From contig NC_043013.1 in the NCBI RefSeq assembly GCF_006345805.1, positions 12,524,001-12,588,000 of the forward strand: a stretch of 64,000 nucleotides of DNA, read 5' to 3'. Shown one piece after another: positions 41,806 through 54,769 of the stretch (position 1 is its first letter; every line of letters begins with the position of its first letter). The position numbers and the translations under genes were made by a program. This stretch comes from Octopus sinensis. Lineage: Eukaryota. Under the pieces are notes generated by a model, which was given only the letters and a program-made list of their open reading frames with translations, was not told the DNA's origin and did no database searches.

Positions 41806-41836
<31 letters not shown>

Positions 41837-43464
41837 GGAAGAGTGGGTTTTCAAAAAAATTAATATTACTAACAATTTATTAAAACAATGGAAAAAAAAT
41901 AAAATAAACCTGACCAAAACAAATATTTGTACCATAAAACTACTACTACTAATAATAATAATTATAATAATAATAATGATGATAATAAGTAAAACTGATA
42001 AACCATTATTAAAGCAATAGTAACCAACAAACAAACAAAAAATGTAAAAAAAAAACATAACAAACAAAGCTTTCAATTGTTATAAAAAATATATAAAAAT
42101 TCTTTTTCTTTAGTTTATTTTAAAAGAATTTTTTTGTTTTTTCTTTTTGTAATAAAAGCGATGAAAAAATTGAAGTTTATGTAAAAAAAAATATATATAT
42201 ATAAAAATTTAAATAAATTTTTTTTTTTAAATTACATACTGAAAAAACAAAAAAAAAAAATCAAAAGCGGGGTGCATTATTTGACCAATCAGATTTCAGT
42301 GTATTTTTCTAATCTTCCATTGTACGTTGTCTGTTTTCTGCGGCTTTTCTGGAACATTCTCTTTTAAATCTTGCATATATTCCTCACATCAAGTACTTTT
42401 GGGGGAGTTTCTGTGTTTGTTTTTAAATATACATACATATATATGCATATGTATATGTATGTATCTGTATGTATGTGTGCATATGTATACATAGGTATGT
42501 GTGATGTCCTTTGGTGTATGTATGTGTATAATACTGTGCTTACTTATAAACTCAACTAAAATGCATGTGTTTGTACATATGTAAATTTTGTGTGTATGTG
42601 TATGTATGTGTGCATTAGTAAAATGAATGTTTCAATGCATTGTATGTATATAATTTCAATTAGGATATTATTTGTCATTGAGCAAAAAGTAATTCATGCA
42701 TACATATATACATACATATATATATATATGTATGTATGTATGTATATGTATATGCGTCTCTTTTTTTACAATATTAATGAGAGAATTGAAATGAAGCTAA
42801 TCCTCTGAAACTGGCCTGTAAATTCTAAACTTTTCAGTAAAAAAAAATAATTATAAATAATAATAATAATAATATGTTGGGGAGGCGGGGATTCCTATCT
42901 TTTGTGTATAAATGTACATGTATGCATGTATGTTTGTGTGTATGTATGTTTGTGCGTATGTAAATGGTGAATGGATGGATATTTTATCCGTATTACTAAT
43001 TACTTTAAAACTTGCTTGTAAAACAAAAGAAAAAAAATAGAAAGACCAAAATAAATTTAAACCAAAAAAAAAATCAAGAAAATGACAAAACAAAATTGGT
43101 ATTATATATATATATATATCTATATATATATATATATATTATATGTATGTATGTATATATATATAAATAATAATGTATATATGTGCATGTATGTATAAGC
43201 ATGTATGTATATGATTCATTCTTGTAAAATAACAATTTCCTGAGAGATAAAACAAATGAAAAGAAAGTAAAGATAATACAAACAACAAACAATAAAAAAA
43301 AAGCGTTTTTAAGAAAAAATATTCCAATATAGAATTACTGTATTAAATGTGTAAAATGTTTCATTGTATATTGAAATGGTTATATATTATTTTGTTTTAT
43401 TTTTTTTTAATTTTTGTTCATATATGTTATATGATATATGTATATATATATATTACATATATAC

Positions 43465-43502
<38 letters not shown>

Positions 43503-43882
43503 TAATATATATAGTTGTAATATACTCAGTTTTTTTTTAAAAATATATATGCAGTGAGTGTGTGGCCATGAAGTGCATATGTCAAAAGTCACCATTTTCC
43601 CTTTGGTGCCTACAAACAAACACACACACACACACATATATGCTTGTCCACAAGCTACACTTGCACACATACATACATACACACATACATATCCATAACC
43701 CAATTTTGTAAATTTTCTCTTCTCTCTCTCTCTTTTCCTCTCTCTCTCTCTCTCTCTCTCTTTGAGTGTTTGCCTGGTTTTGTGCATTCTTAGGTCAACA
43801 AAACTGTTCCATTGCAGTGTGACCTTTGTCTGCCAAGGATGAGTGCATTTCTAGTCACACATAATGTTTATTATTATTATTA

Positions 43883-43914
<32 letters not shown>

Positions 43915-44299
43915 TTGAATATTAATACAACAAACTACATTTTGTTTGTCTTGTTGTATTTCCAATTACTATCATTATTTTTTTATTACTATTAATTCTT
44001 TGTTTTTCTCTTCCTTCTTTCCATGTTATTATTATTACCATTATTATTATTATGATTATTATCATTACATAATAAAGATTCTTTCTACACTATAATACCT
44101 TGTTTTTTTTTCAATTTCTTTTATCCTTTTTCTTTATGCAATATTCATTAACATGTACACATATTTATGTTTGTGTGTATGTGCTTGTGGAGGTGTGCAC
44201 CTGTAGGATTATATGTGTGATTGCATGTGTGTATATGTGTGTGTGTGTGTGTGTCTTTTATTTGTTTCAGTGAAGTACACAGTGACATCACAAATTTTT

Positions 44300-46130
44300 G
44301 TAGAGAATTGAGAATAACAAGTTTTCAACAAAGAAAACATTGATTAACCCAGTGTTAAACACAGTGGAAAACTATGTACATGGCGTAACAGGCAATAATA
44401 GTTATAAAAGAGGCTGATTAGAGAAGTACTGTAGTTACAATACAGAAATATGCATTAATTCTAATTCATGACACGACCCACTAAAAAATATTAAACAACT
44501 ACCAACAAGCAAAAAATAATGTCTAATCTTAAAATTTTCATAAACCAATTGGAAAATGCTTAACTAATGAAGAAATTGATTATCTGACAAATTTTATTGC
44601 CCAAGCCAGTTTCTTCTATGCATTTCCCCAAAAAGCTACAAAATTAAAACAATTAATGATGCCTGCAAAGAATGATAGTCTGCATAAATGTACCCTTTCT
44701 GAAGGATCTCAAAATAAGAACGATTGTAGCAGACCCAGCCTATATAACTCACAGACTTAGCAACTTCCTTAAAATACTCTTAAAATTTATACCTAGTTTT
44801 ATTAGAGATGGCCTAGATCTATGAAGCTGTCTTTTGCAAAATGTTAACAGGGATACCATATACACTCTTTTTGAAGTAATAATTTTTTATACTACCATCT
44901 CACACGAAAATTCCCCGATGAATATCTTTTGGGCTAAGAAAATTCCCTGATGAAATTCTAGAATTAATTGGTCGTCCATTCATCCTTATCCCTAAAAGCA
45001 ACTTCATTTTTGAGAAAAAACTTACCAACAAATATCTGGAACTGCAATGTGTACAAAAGTTGCCCCAACATGCACCAAGTTAGTCATGGCAAATCTAGAA
45101 GTCCACATATATGAGCAAGCCAGAACAAGGTAGGATATCAACTTTCAAAATTATTTGGTGAAAAATTGGAAACGATACTTAAAACACTGCCTTCTGTGGA
45201 CATAAACCTAGATGAACTCCATGATTTCCAATTCCTACTTAATAGCATCAATAAAAATATTCTGTTCACTATGGAATTTAATCTTAAACAAATACCCTTC
45301 TTACACATTCTGATTATTAAGAATGACACGAACATAGAAACCGACATCTACTACAAACCTACGGACAGTACTGATTATTTCATGCCACTCAAGACATATG
45401 AAATCCGATATTTCAGTTAACTTAGCTAGAAGAATCCGAACATTTGTTTCAAATCCAGATGTTCAGAATAAGACCCATTGAATTAAAACAGGTGCCACTT
45501 GAAAGAAAGTACCCGTCGACTTTATTAGAGAGTAGAGTAGAATACGCCAAAGCAATAGATGTTGAAGAATTAAGAAAAGCCAAAAACAGTTTAGATACTC
45601 TCAAAACTTTATCTCTAATTCCAACACATAACCCAAGAAACAAAGACATTTGAATCATACAAAATAATCAAATGCAAAACGCAACCAAAGTCCCTAAAAA
45701 ACTACTTACAATGTGAAACTGCCAACTACGGACTAAACTCCAACAGTTAAAATGTCGGTCAATTCCGTTGCAGAACTTTTGCGAACTTTATTGCATACAC
45801 AGCTTATAAATCTGATTCAGAAGCTTTTACAGTGGAAAACCATTTTATTTGTTCTTCAAATAATTTAATTTGTGTCATCAAATGCAATGGATACAGGGAA
45901 GATTACATTAGACAAATTAAACTCACTTTAAGATTGAGAATAAATATCCATCGTCAACAAATACGTGATCCCTAAACAAGACAAATTCCATTTAGTGGAC
46001 ATCTGGATACATGCACGAAACCCCAAATTTCTTGACTTTCTACTCTATCAATGTGCAGCTAGTACTCCAGACCAAAAAAGAATTAATAAGGAAAGCTCGT
46101 TTATCAAAAATACGAGCCACTGCTAAACAG
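44300..46130 (+). pseudogene. Penelope-like retroelement (RT plus GIY-YIG endonuclease), heavily decayed
   Basis: Motifs across frames: IVIKEAD*RSTVV (IKxADKG), GTAMCTKVAPT..LVMANLE (GxAMG), WKRYLKHC (RYxDD), IPFLHILI, TDIYYKPTDS, NLICVIKCNGYREDYIRQ..LRLRINIHRQQI (GIY-YIG) and a terminal YEPLLN. Confidence 0.9.
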
Positions 46131-46308
46131 GTTATTAAAAAACATCTGCTATACCTGTTCTCCTTTCCCAATAAATTAATTATTGTACAATGTCTTCTTG
46201 GGTTCGATCTTAAGAAAACCAAAATTCATGTAGCAGCAATCATCTAATTTACTCCACACTTCGTTATCTTACTCCACAACTTAATTATTGTAGAATATCT
46301 TCTTGGGT

Positions 46309-46500
46309 ACTTGCTTCAGTCATTACACTGCGGCCATGCTGGGTCACCAATTTTTTCTTGAATGATTCGACCCCAGTACTTATTTCATGGTAATTTTTCT
46401 ATCGATCTCTTGTGCCAAACCGCTAAGTTACTAGGACCTAAACACACCATCAAACAGTTGTCAAGCGGTTGTGGGGGCAAACGTTGACACAAAAACATAT
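46309..46500 (-). mobile_element. Family B SINE 3' half
   Basis: TTCAGTCATTACACTGCGGCCATGCTGG...CCGCTAAGTTAC...TTGTCAAGCG is the reverse complement of the family B tail. Confidence 0.8.
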
Positions 46501-46523
46501 GCATACATATATATCAAATATAT

Positions 46524-46568
<45 letters not shown>

Positions 46569-46803
46569 CAGGCTGGCCCAAAAGTAGGATTGCAGTTATT
46601 CAACAATCTCTTTCGTAATCATATATTAACCGTTTAGATCTTAATTATAAAAGAATATGAAATCATTATTCTATGCTAATTTAGTTAATTTTATCAGGCT
46701 TCCTCTTCAGTTTGTAAGATAGAAATTTAAATGTAATAAAATGTTTTAAAAGAAATTTTAAGTGCCTATGTGATAACTGTAAACCTACTTTAGGGCCACT
46801 CTG
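46569..46803. mobile_element. Tc1/mariner-type MITE with TA duplication
   Basis: TA|CAGGCTGGCCCAAAAGTAGGATTGCAGTT ... AACTGTAAACCTACTTTAGGGCCACTCTG|TA, ~29 bp imperfect TIRs. Confidence 0.85.
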
Positions 46804-47938
46804 TATATATATATAACACATACACACACACACACACAGATATATACTTCAAAAATTACGCGCACATTGACTATTGGCGATTTTTCCCTGCTTTTTCCCT
46901 TTAGACTTTCCTCTTTTTTCCTGTTCTCGAAGAAGAGCTATGCTCAAAACGTAAAACAACTACTCTTTACTTTCTCCAAGCGTCATATCAATACTTTGCT
47001 TGTGCTACGTCCTCACGTTTGTTTGTTTTCTTCTTTTCACTGTTTCCCTCAGTTCTTTTAATTAATTAATTATACTTACATACACATATACACGCGCGCG
47101 TGCGTGTATGGTTGGAAAACAAGCATCATATCACCCAGTCACGTCTTTTTTCTTGTTCATTACGAAGATTTTAAAATTTCTAAGCAGAGATGATGTAGAG
47201 CACATTTCATTCTTTTTAAAAATCGTCAGCATGACAAGATCCGAGTTATGAATCAATTATACATGAACTACTAAGATTTTAAATGTTACAAGCTTCAATT
47301 TGAGACAGATAGGAGAAACAAGTCGCTCGACAACCGTATGGCGCGTGGTTTATGTCTGGTGGATGACTCCTTGTTTTCTCTGTCTCAAATTGAGGCCTTA
47401 AATGTCTAATATCAAGAAGAGAAAAAAAAAAAACTGACACTTCAGTCAAGAGGGGCGATCGACAGATAATATCAGCGATCAGAAAAATCAATAGAAACGT
47501 AGAATTATCGGATCAACCGCCATCACCATCGCAGCCGCTGCCGCCATAAGTTTCTGACTTTGACCCATTCGAGTAGTCATTTTCAATTTATGACAAGTAA
47601 TTATTTTTATCATCCCTGGTATGAAGAAAAGGAAAACTGACTCAGGTAAGATTTGAACTGAGTGTGTAAAAGGGACGTTAAGTAAAAGTATGTTTAACAC
47701 GACGTCCTACTGTTTCCGGCATTCAATTTCTATACATTAAAAAAAAAAGTCTATTTTTACTTATTTCAGTCATTGGACAGCGCCCATGGTGAAGCAACAC
47801 CGTGAATGGATCTTAGCCGAACAAACCGACTCTATTGCCTTTTTCTTTCTTGAAATATGATACTTTGATACTTTGATAGGTTTCGGCCATTATTGGCCCA
47901 GACCATGTCTAACTTAATAGCACCACCTGGTATATATA

Positions 47939-48007
<69 letters not shown>

Positions 48008-48283
48008 TAAGTAGATATAGGTGCAGGGGTGGCTTTGTGATAAGAAGGTTGCTTCCCAACCACGTGGTACCGGGTTCTCTGTCTTTTGGCGAACCGCTAA
48101 GGCAAAGAACGTAAAAACCATACTGCTGGTTGGGCACACACACACACACACACACACACATATTGTTGTTGTAATAAAAATATTTCCAGGAGATGTGAAA
48201 TCATTTTTTTTTTTTGGAATAGTGGATTTCGAAGTACTGATATTACTGTTATTTATACCTTTATGTGTGTATTTCGAGATATA

Positions 48284-48337
<54 letters not shown>

Positions 48338-48342
48338 GCGAG

Positions 48343-48490
48343 AGGCTTCTTTCAGTTTCCATCTTCCAAATCCATTAACAAGGCTTCGGTCGGCCCGGGG
48401 CTGTAGTAGAAGACACTAGGCCAAGGTGCCACGCAGTGGAGCTGAACCTGAAGCCATATGGTCCGGAAGCAAACTTGTTACCGAGCAGCC
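48343..48490 (-). mobile_element. Family B SINE 5' half
   Basis: GGCTTCTTTCAGTTTCCATCT.CCAAATCCA...GTAGAAGACACT.GGCCAAGGTGCCACGCAGTGG. Confidence 0.85.
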
Positions 48491-48814
48491 AAATCTGCGT
48501 CAATACACCTTTAACAAAACCACGAATTAGATGAGAAGATGAGGGCGCCACAGTCGATTCTATCGATTTGGTGTAGTTGACAGACTCATTTTATCGATTT
48601 CAGAAGGATGAAAGACAAAGTCAGCCCCGATGGGATTTGAACTCATATATCTCTAGGAATAAAATGAAATGAATAAATAAATAAATGAATTCTATTGAAA
48701 TACAAATCCTCAATGCTATGATTTATGTAATATGATAGGAAAGAGCGGGCGAAATTTTTTGTTCTTAAACACTCGGCAGACATCTTTCTGTCTCTTGTGA
48801 CGAACGTCTGCGTA

Positions 48815-49077
48815 TATTTGTACGTGTATGTGCATGAATGTGTGTGTGTGTGTGGTGTGTGTGTGTGTTGTGTGTGTTGTGTGTGTGTGTGTGTTGTGTG
48901 TATGTGTTGTGTTGTGTGTGTGTGCTTGTGTTTGTGTGTGTGTTTGTGTTTGTGTGTGTGTGTGTGTGTGTAAACTATGTGTGCGGATACATCTATTCGT
49001 TCTTGTGCCTGGTAATATCTTTTAATTGAGGTGTTGTATATTTGTACGTGCACGTGCATGAATGTGTGTGTGTGTGC

Positions 49078-49110
<33 letters not shown>

Positions 49111-49220
49111 TGTATGTGTGTGTGTGTGTGTATGTGTGTGTGTGTGGTGTGTGTGTGTAAACGTGCGGATATTTTCTATGCGTTGGTGTGCCTGCTAATA
49201 TCTTTTAATTGAGGTGTTAT
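48815..49220. repeat. Degenerate ~200 bp tandem duplication with (TG)n cores
   Basis: ATATTTGTACGTG...GTGCATGAATG(TG)n...GTGCGGATA...GTGCCTG.TAATATCTTTTAATTGAGGTGTT occurs twice. Confidence 0.75.
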
Positions 49221-49986
49221 TGCGTGTATATGAGGATATGAATAACGTATTTCTCACTATAGGTGTATTCGTTCATATTGATGTGTGTAATGTGTGTATT
49301 TGTGTGCGTGTGTTGAAAGTACGTGTGTGGCTATATCTACGTGTTTGTATGCTATATCTATGTGTTTGTATGAGGTGTAATTATTGTGTATATATGCGAA
49401 CATACGAATTGCACATACGTCTCTGTTGGTGTATTCCTTCACATTTATGTACGTGTGTGTGTGTGTGTGTGTGTGTTTATGTGTGTGTAGGTGTAAAGTG
49501 TGTGTGCGTATCGGTGTGCTTATGTGCTTGCAGTATCCGTTCAGGAGTACGGTGTGTGTGCGAGTATATGTATTATACGAGCCTCTTATCAAACGCATGC
49601 GTACATATGTATGCAGAGAAAGTTTCTGTATGCGGACGTCGTATGTGTGTGTGTGTATGTGTGTGTGTGTGAATGGGTGTGTATGTGTGTGTGAGCGTGT
49701 GTGTGCTTGCATGTGTGTATGTGTGCATCAGTGTGGTTGTGAACGTGCAATATCTGTAGACGTGTTTTTATGTATATCCGCGCAGGTGGAGGATCATATG
49801 TCTCTGTATTGGCGTATTGGTAAGTACAGATGTCCTTGTATGTGTGCAGACTCTGTGTCTGCGTGTGTGTGTATGCGTGTGGGCGTGAGTTTGCGCGTAC
49901 GTGTGTGGGAGTTTGCGCGCGCGCGCCCGATTGTATGTGTGTATGCGTGTGCATTTGTAAATGTTTATATATATATATATAGAGAG

Positions 49987-50048
<62 letters not shown>

Positions 50049-50076
50049 ATATATATTATATATACATATATATATA

Positions 50077-50115
<39 letters not shown>

Positions 50116-50118
<3 letters not shown>

Positions 50119-51192
50119 GTTAATAAAATAGAATATATGCATATATATAAACATATAGTACGTACCTACCTCTACATGTACATATACACGCATATATGTG
50201 TACAGGACACCAAAAAGACGTCGAACCACATAGAGAGACGAAACACATAGACACAAACCAAGGAACAAGACAAGCAAAAAAAAGGGAGAGATACAGGACA
50301 ATAAGCACAACGAAAAATCCCCTTCTTCAGTCGCTAAGATTTCATCTACTAAACGTTTCGAAGGATAAAAGCGAGACGTATACTTCGAAGAAAAATTCCT
50401 TCCCGCGAAAAGCAAATCAATTAAATTCTGAGATCTTTTCGCAGAGGGGTAAAAAAAAGCAAAAGACGGTAACGACAATACAAACAAATAAACAGTAAAA
50501 AAAATATATAAAACAGTGGGAAAATAAATATATAACAGTGAGAGACAGGACAAGGAGAACAAGATAAGAAGGGCTGTTAACGCCAGACGAAAAAAGTATT
50601 GCAAACGCTGGATTATCGTGGAAGACAGAGAGGGAAATTTGTCGACCAGAAGCCTTACAAGGCGGGCGAGAAAGGACAGGAAGTAGTTACGACGGAAGTA
50701 TCGTCGCAGATGGATGACGGGAATGGGGGAGGAGGAGCAAGAGGAAGAGAGAGAAGAAGGGGAATGGTGCGAGGAGACCATGAAGAATGGTGAAAGGGGG
50801 AGAGAGAGAATGAAGAATGAGAGAGAGAGAAGAGACAAGTTAAGTGAGGGAAAAAAAAGACGAAAAAGGGAATGGGAGAGAAAGAAGAAAGATGCAGAGT
50901 CGCGTGAGAGTTAATATCAAGGCTAACTTGATAAACAGAACAATCTTACTTAAAGGGTGCGTGCGTTTAGTCGTATAATATGTTAATAAAATAGAACATA
51001 TGCATATATAAACATATATGTACGTACCTACCTCTACATGTACATATACACGCATATATGTGTACAGGACACCAAAAGACGTCGAACACATAGAGAGACG
51101 AAACACATAGACACAAACCAAGGACAGACAAGCAAAAAAAAAGGGAGAGATACAGGACAATAAGCACAAAAAAAAATCCCCTTCTTCAGTCG
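50116..51192 (-). mobile_element. Unclassified repeat family F: long copy (50116-50700) plus a direct partial repeat (50984-51192)
   Basis: 50116-50332 is nearly identical to 50984-51192. The reverse complement matches 57120-57560. Confidence 0.7.
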
Positions 51193-51227
51193 ATATATAT
51201 ATATATATATAATATATATATATATAT

Positions 51228-51340
<113 letters not shown>

Positions 51341-51358
51341 TATATGAATATAATAGAT

Positions 51359-51406
<48 letters not shown>

Positions 51407-51757
51407 TAGATGTATGTGTGCGTATCTGTGTGTATCTGCCTATATGTATGTTGTGGGTTTATATACGTGAGTGTAGGAGTGTTTTTTTTTTTTATTGTCA
51501 GTATTTTCAATTATTGGAAAGAATAAAACCAACATTCAATCTAGAGATCATCTCAAAAAAATAATAAAGTGGTTCAATTTTCTTATTATTATATGAAGGT
51601 AAAAAAAGACAATTGGAAGAGAGCAGATTCCATTCCAACTTAACCAATCAAACGACATTTTCCTTATATTAATAATCTTCAACACAATGTAAGCCGGATA
51701 GCTTGCCCAATTATATATATATATATATTATATATATATATATATATATATTACATA

Positions 51758-51858
<101 letters not shown>

Positions 51859-52008
51859 GGCGTAGGAGTGGGTGTGTGGTAAGTAGCTTGCTTACGAACC
51901 ACATGGTTCTGGGTTCAATCCCACTGTGTGGCACATTCGGCAAGTGTCTTCTATAGCCTCGGGCCGACCTTGTGAGTAGAGTGGAAACTGAAAGAAGCCC
52001 GTCGTATA

Positions 52009-52044
<36 letters not shown>

Positions 52045-52175
52045 TGTATGTATGTATGTATGTATGTATGTATGTATGTATGTATATATATATGTTTGTG
52101 TTTGTCCCCCAATATCACTTGACAACCGATTGGTGGTGTGTTTATGTCCCCGTAACTTAGCGGTTCGGCAAATAC
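51859..52175 (+). mobile_element. Family B SINE with intact tRNA-like head and an internal (TATG)n expansion
   Basis: GGCGTAGGAGTGGGTGTGTGGTAAGTAGCTTGCTTACGAACCACATGGTTCTGGGTTCAATCCCACT...GGCAAGTGTCTTCT. Confidence 0.9.
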
Positions 52176-52391
52176 AATATCTATTTCAATACACGACTTC
52201 ACATCAGGAACCTTGTAACACAAATTCATACACACACACACACACACAAACAGGGATGTGTGTTCGAGTCACATGGTTGGCCGGTAACTAATTTTTCTCT
52301 AAAATATGGATAATTTATCCTGTTCACGCTATATTTTATATATATATATGTGTGTGTGTATGTGCGTGTGTGTGTGTGTGTGTGTATGTGT

Positions 52392-52435
<44 letters not shown>

Positions 52436-52714
52436 TGTGTGTAGTGTGTGTGTGTGTAGTGTGTGTGTGTGTGTGTCCATGAGTATGTATATGTGTACAT
52501 GTGTGTCTTTATGTCTTTGTGTTGGTCCTGCATCGATTGACAACCGTGTCGGTTTATTTATATCCCTTAACGGTTCGGCAAAAGAATGATTGAATAATCT
52601 TTTACTTGTTCCTGTCTTTGAACATTCTGGGACCCCACCTTGAAGGTTTTCATCGAACGAATTGACCCTAGTACTTACTCTATCGTTCACTTTTTGCTGA
52701 ACCGGGTCTCTTTC

Positions 52715-53085
52715 AGCTGCGCGCCCAACATTAAAAATATTTGTAAGAAAGAGAAGGGACCCATCGAAGGGCCCTGATTGATCTGGGCGAGGTGATGTGG
52801 AGTCTTTCCCCTCTCTGGTGAATTGCACAATCACTCTATTGACTGTAGAAAGCAGGATCCCCTGGTTTTCTACGATTTTACGTAGACTATGTCCACCTTC
52901 AGAATGACCCACAATACGGCCACTTTGAAATTCAGACAGTTCCAAGGTTTCTTTTGTACATGGCGTGATTAGACAATCACATATAGAACCTGAAACATTA
53001 AAAATGTCAATTAATAAAAAATACAAACTATTACAAGTAGGAATAAACATAAAACGATGTTTTATGGGTTGTCTGTTTACTTCTG
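52715..53085 (-). pseudogene. Tc1-family transposase N-terminal (paired-like HTH) fragment with probable left end
   Basis: Translates ELSEFQSGRIVGHSEGGHSLRKIVENQGILLSTVNRVIVQFTREGKDSTSPRP, matching the Tc1 pattern ELSEFxRGRIVG..HS.R.I....G...STV.RVI...G...SPR.GRP. Confidence 0.85.
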
Positions 53086-53394
53086 GCATATATGAATGGA
53101 TTTGATAGATGGAAACTGAAAGAAGCCCGTTGTATATAAGTACGTGTGTGTGTAACGTAAAAGTACAGGCATTTGGAATCCGGGCAGGCACTCTGATATA
53201 ATCCAGATCTGGCTAACTTTCTCGAATGATAGGGAACATACAGAATTGTTTAAGATAAACAATTAAACGGAACTTCACCTGATAGGTAAATCCTAAGTTC
53301 GCTTCATTGGATATCATACAGAGTATATAATCAAGACATCACAACTTCAATATTTATTCATCACAGTATTATTTTCATTAAATTCCCGTCATAT

Positions 53395-53547
53395 GCGTTG
53401 GAGTGGGTGTGCGGTAAGTAGCTTGCTTACGAACCACATGGTTCCGGGTTCAGTCCCACTGGGCAAGAGTCTTCTACTATAGCCTCGGGCCGACCAAATC
53501 CTTGTGAGTGGATTTGGTAGACGGAAACTGAAAGAAGCTCATTGTAT
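53395..53547 (+). mobile_element. Family B SINE 5' half, ending in (TA)n before the gap
   Basis: GGTAAGTAGCTTGCTTACGAACCACATGGTTCCGGGTTCAGTCCCACTGGGCAAG...GGAAACTGAAAGAAGC. Confidence 0.9.
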
Positions 53548-53601
53548 ATATTATATATATATCTATATATATATATATTAGATATATTATATATATAATA
53601 T

Positions 53602-53701
53602 NNNNNNNNNNNNNNNNNNNNNNNNNNNNNNNNNNNNNNNNNNNNNNNNNNNNNNNNNNNNNNNNNNNNNNNNNNNNNNNNNNNNNNNNNNNNNNNNNNN
53701 N
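53602..53701. other. Assembly gap (100 N)
   Basis: Run of exactly 100 N, typical of an unknown-size scaffold gap. Confidence 0.99.
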
Positions 53702-53702
53702 G

Positions 53703-53737
<35 letters not shown>

Positions 53738-54518
53738 GCGGCGACAGCGGCAGTTGACAACGAACAGGAGTCAAACTGTTTGAAACGTGTTGTTTTATGT
53801 TTTAAAAGCATCAAAGAGAGGATTAACATTGTGTATGCGAAGTTAATCCAAGAGAATTAATCTTAGAAATTTAAGCACATAAATCATTTTGTTCTTCTTC
53901 CTTGAAGCTCGGCGTCAGGCAATTTAAAGTTACGTGATCCCCTGTCGCATTGTATACAACTTATGGATAGCAGACGAAACGCTGTCGTGCATGCATGCAT
54001 GCTTTGTCATAAATAAACAAGAATTAATTCAATTGCTGCTAAGTGTCTTTCGTAATTGAAGTTCACGTTTCTTCTGTATGTAGTCATCGGTGACTGCTTT
54101 GTTACATAATATGATGCATGAACCGCATGCCTTGTAAATAACGGAACGCGGTGAACCGTTTTATACCGGTATTCACAAACACAAACACACTCACGCACAC
54201 ATAGAGAGACAGACGCACACATACACAGATAGACAGACAGACTGGCTGACAGACAAACAGAATGATATATATATATATATATATACATATACATGCGCAT
54301 ACACGTCACGTACAAACACATACACACGTTATCTTAGTCACTAGGTCGTTTCTGGAGCGTTGCACTCTTCTGGAAGCTGGACTGCCGCCATCTTCATTCG
54401 TCGGTTGCATTACCCTCTCTGCGAGTGGGAACCCGGTGAATTCTGAGAACTGGAAGGTCCATGCCTCAGGCGATCAAATACGTCGTTTGGGGTTTGGAAT
54501 AATCTTGACGGGATGCCA

Positions 54519-54769
54519 ATTCTCTTTCTTATTTCTTTATTGCCCACAAGGGGCTAAACATAGAGGGGAGAAACAAGGACAGACAAATGGATTAAGTCGA
54601 TTAGATCAACCCCAGTGCGTAACTGGTACTTAATTTATCGACCCCGAGAGGATGAAAGGCAAAGTCGACCTCGGCGGAATTTGAACTCAGAACGTAATGG
54701 CAGATGAAATACCGCTGAGCATTTCGCCCGGCGTGCTTACGTTTCTTGCAAACTCGCCACTTTCTCTTT
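54519..54769 (-). mobile_element. Family A SINE (GC-tailed variant), near full length, CpG-retaining
   Basis: Minus strand GTGGCGAG...GCACGCCGGGCGAAATGC...GTTCTGAGTTCAAATTCCGCCGAGGTCGAC...GCCCCTTGTGGGCAATAAAGAAATAAG. Confidence 0.92.

Noticed and set aside
47640-47655. CAG|GTAAGA splice donor
   Set aside because: Part of a decayed minus-strand family A SINE B-box region (GATTTGAACTGAG).
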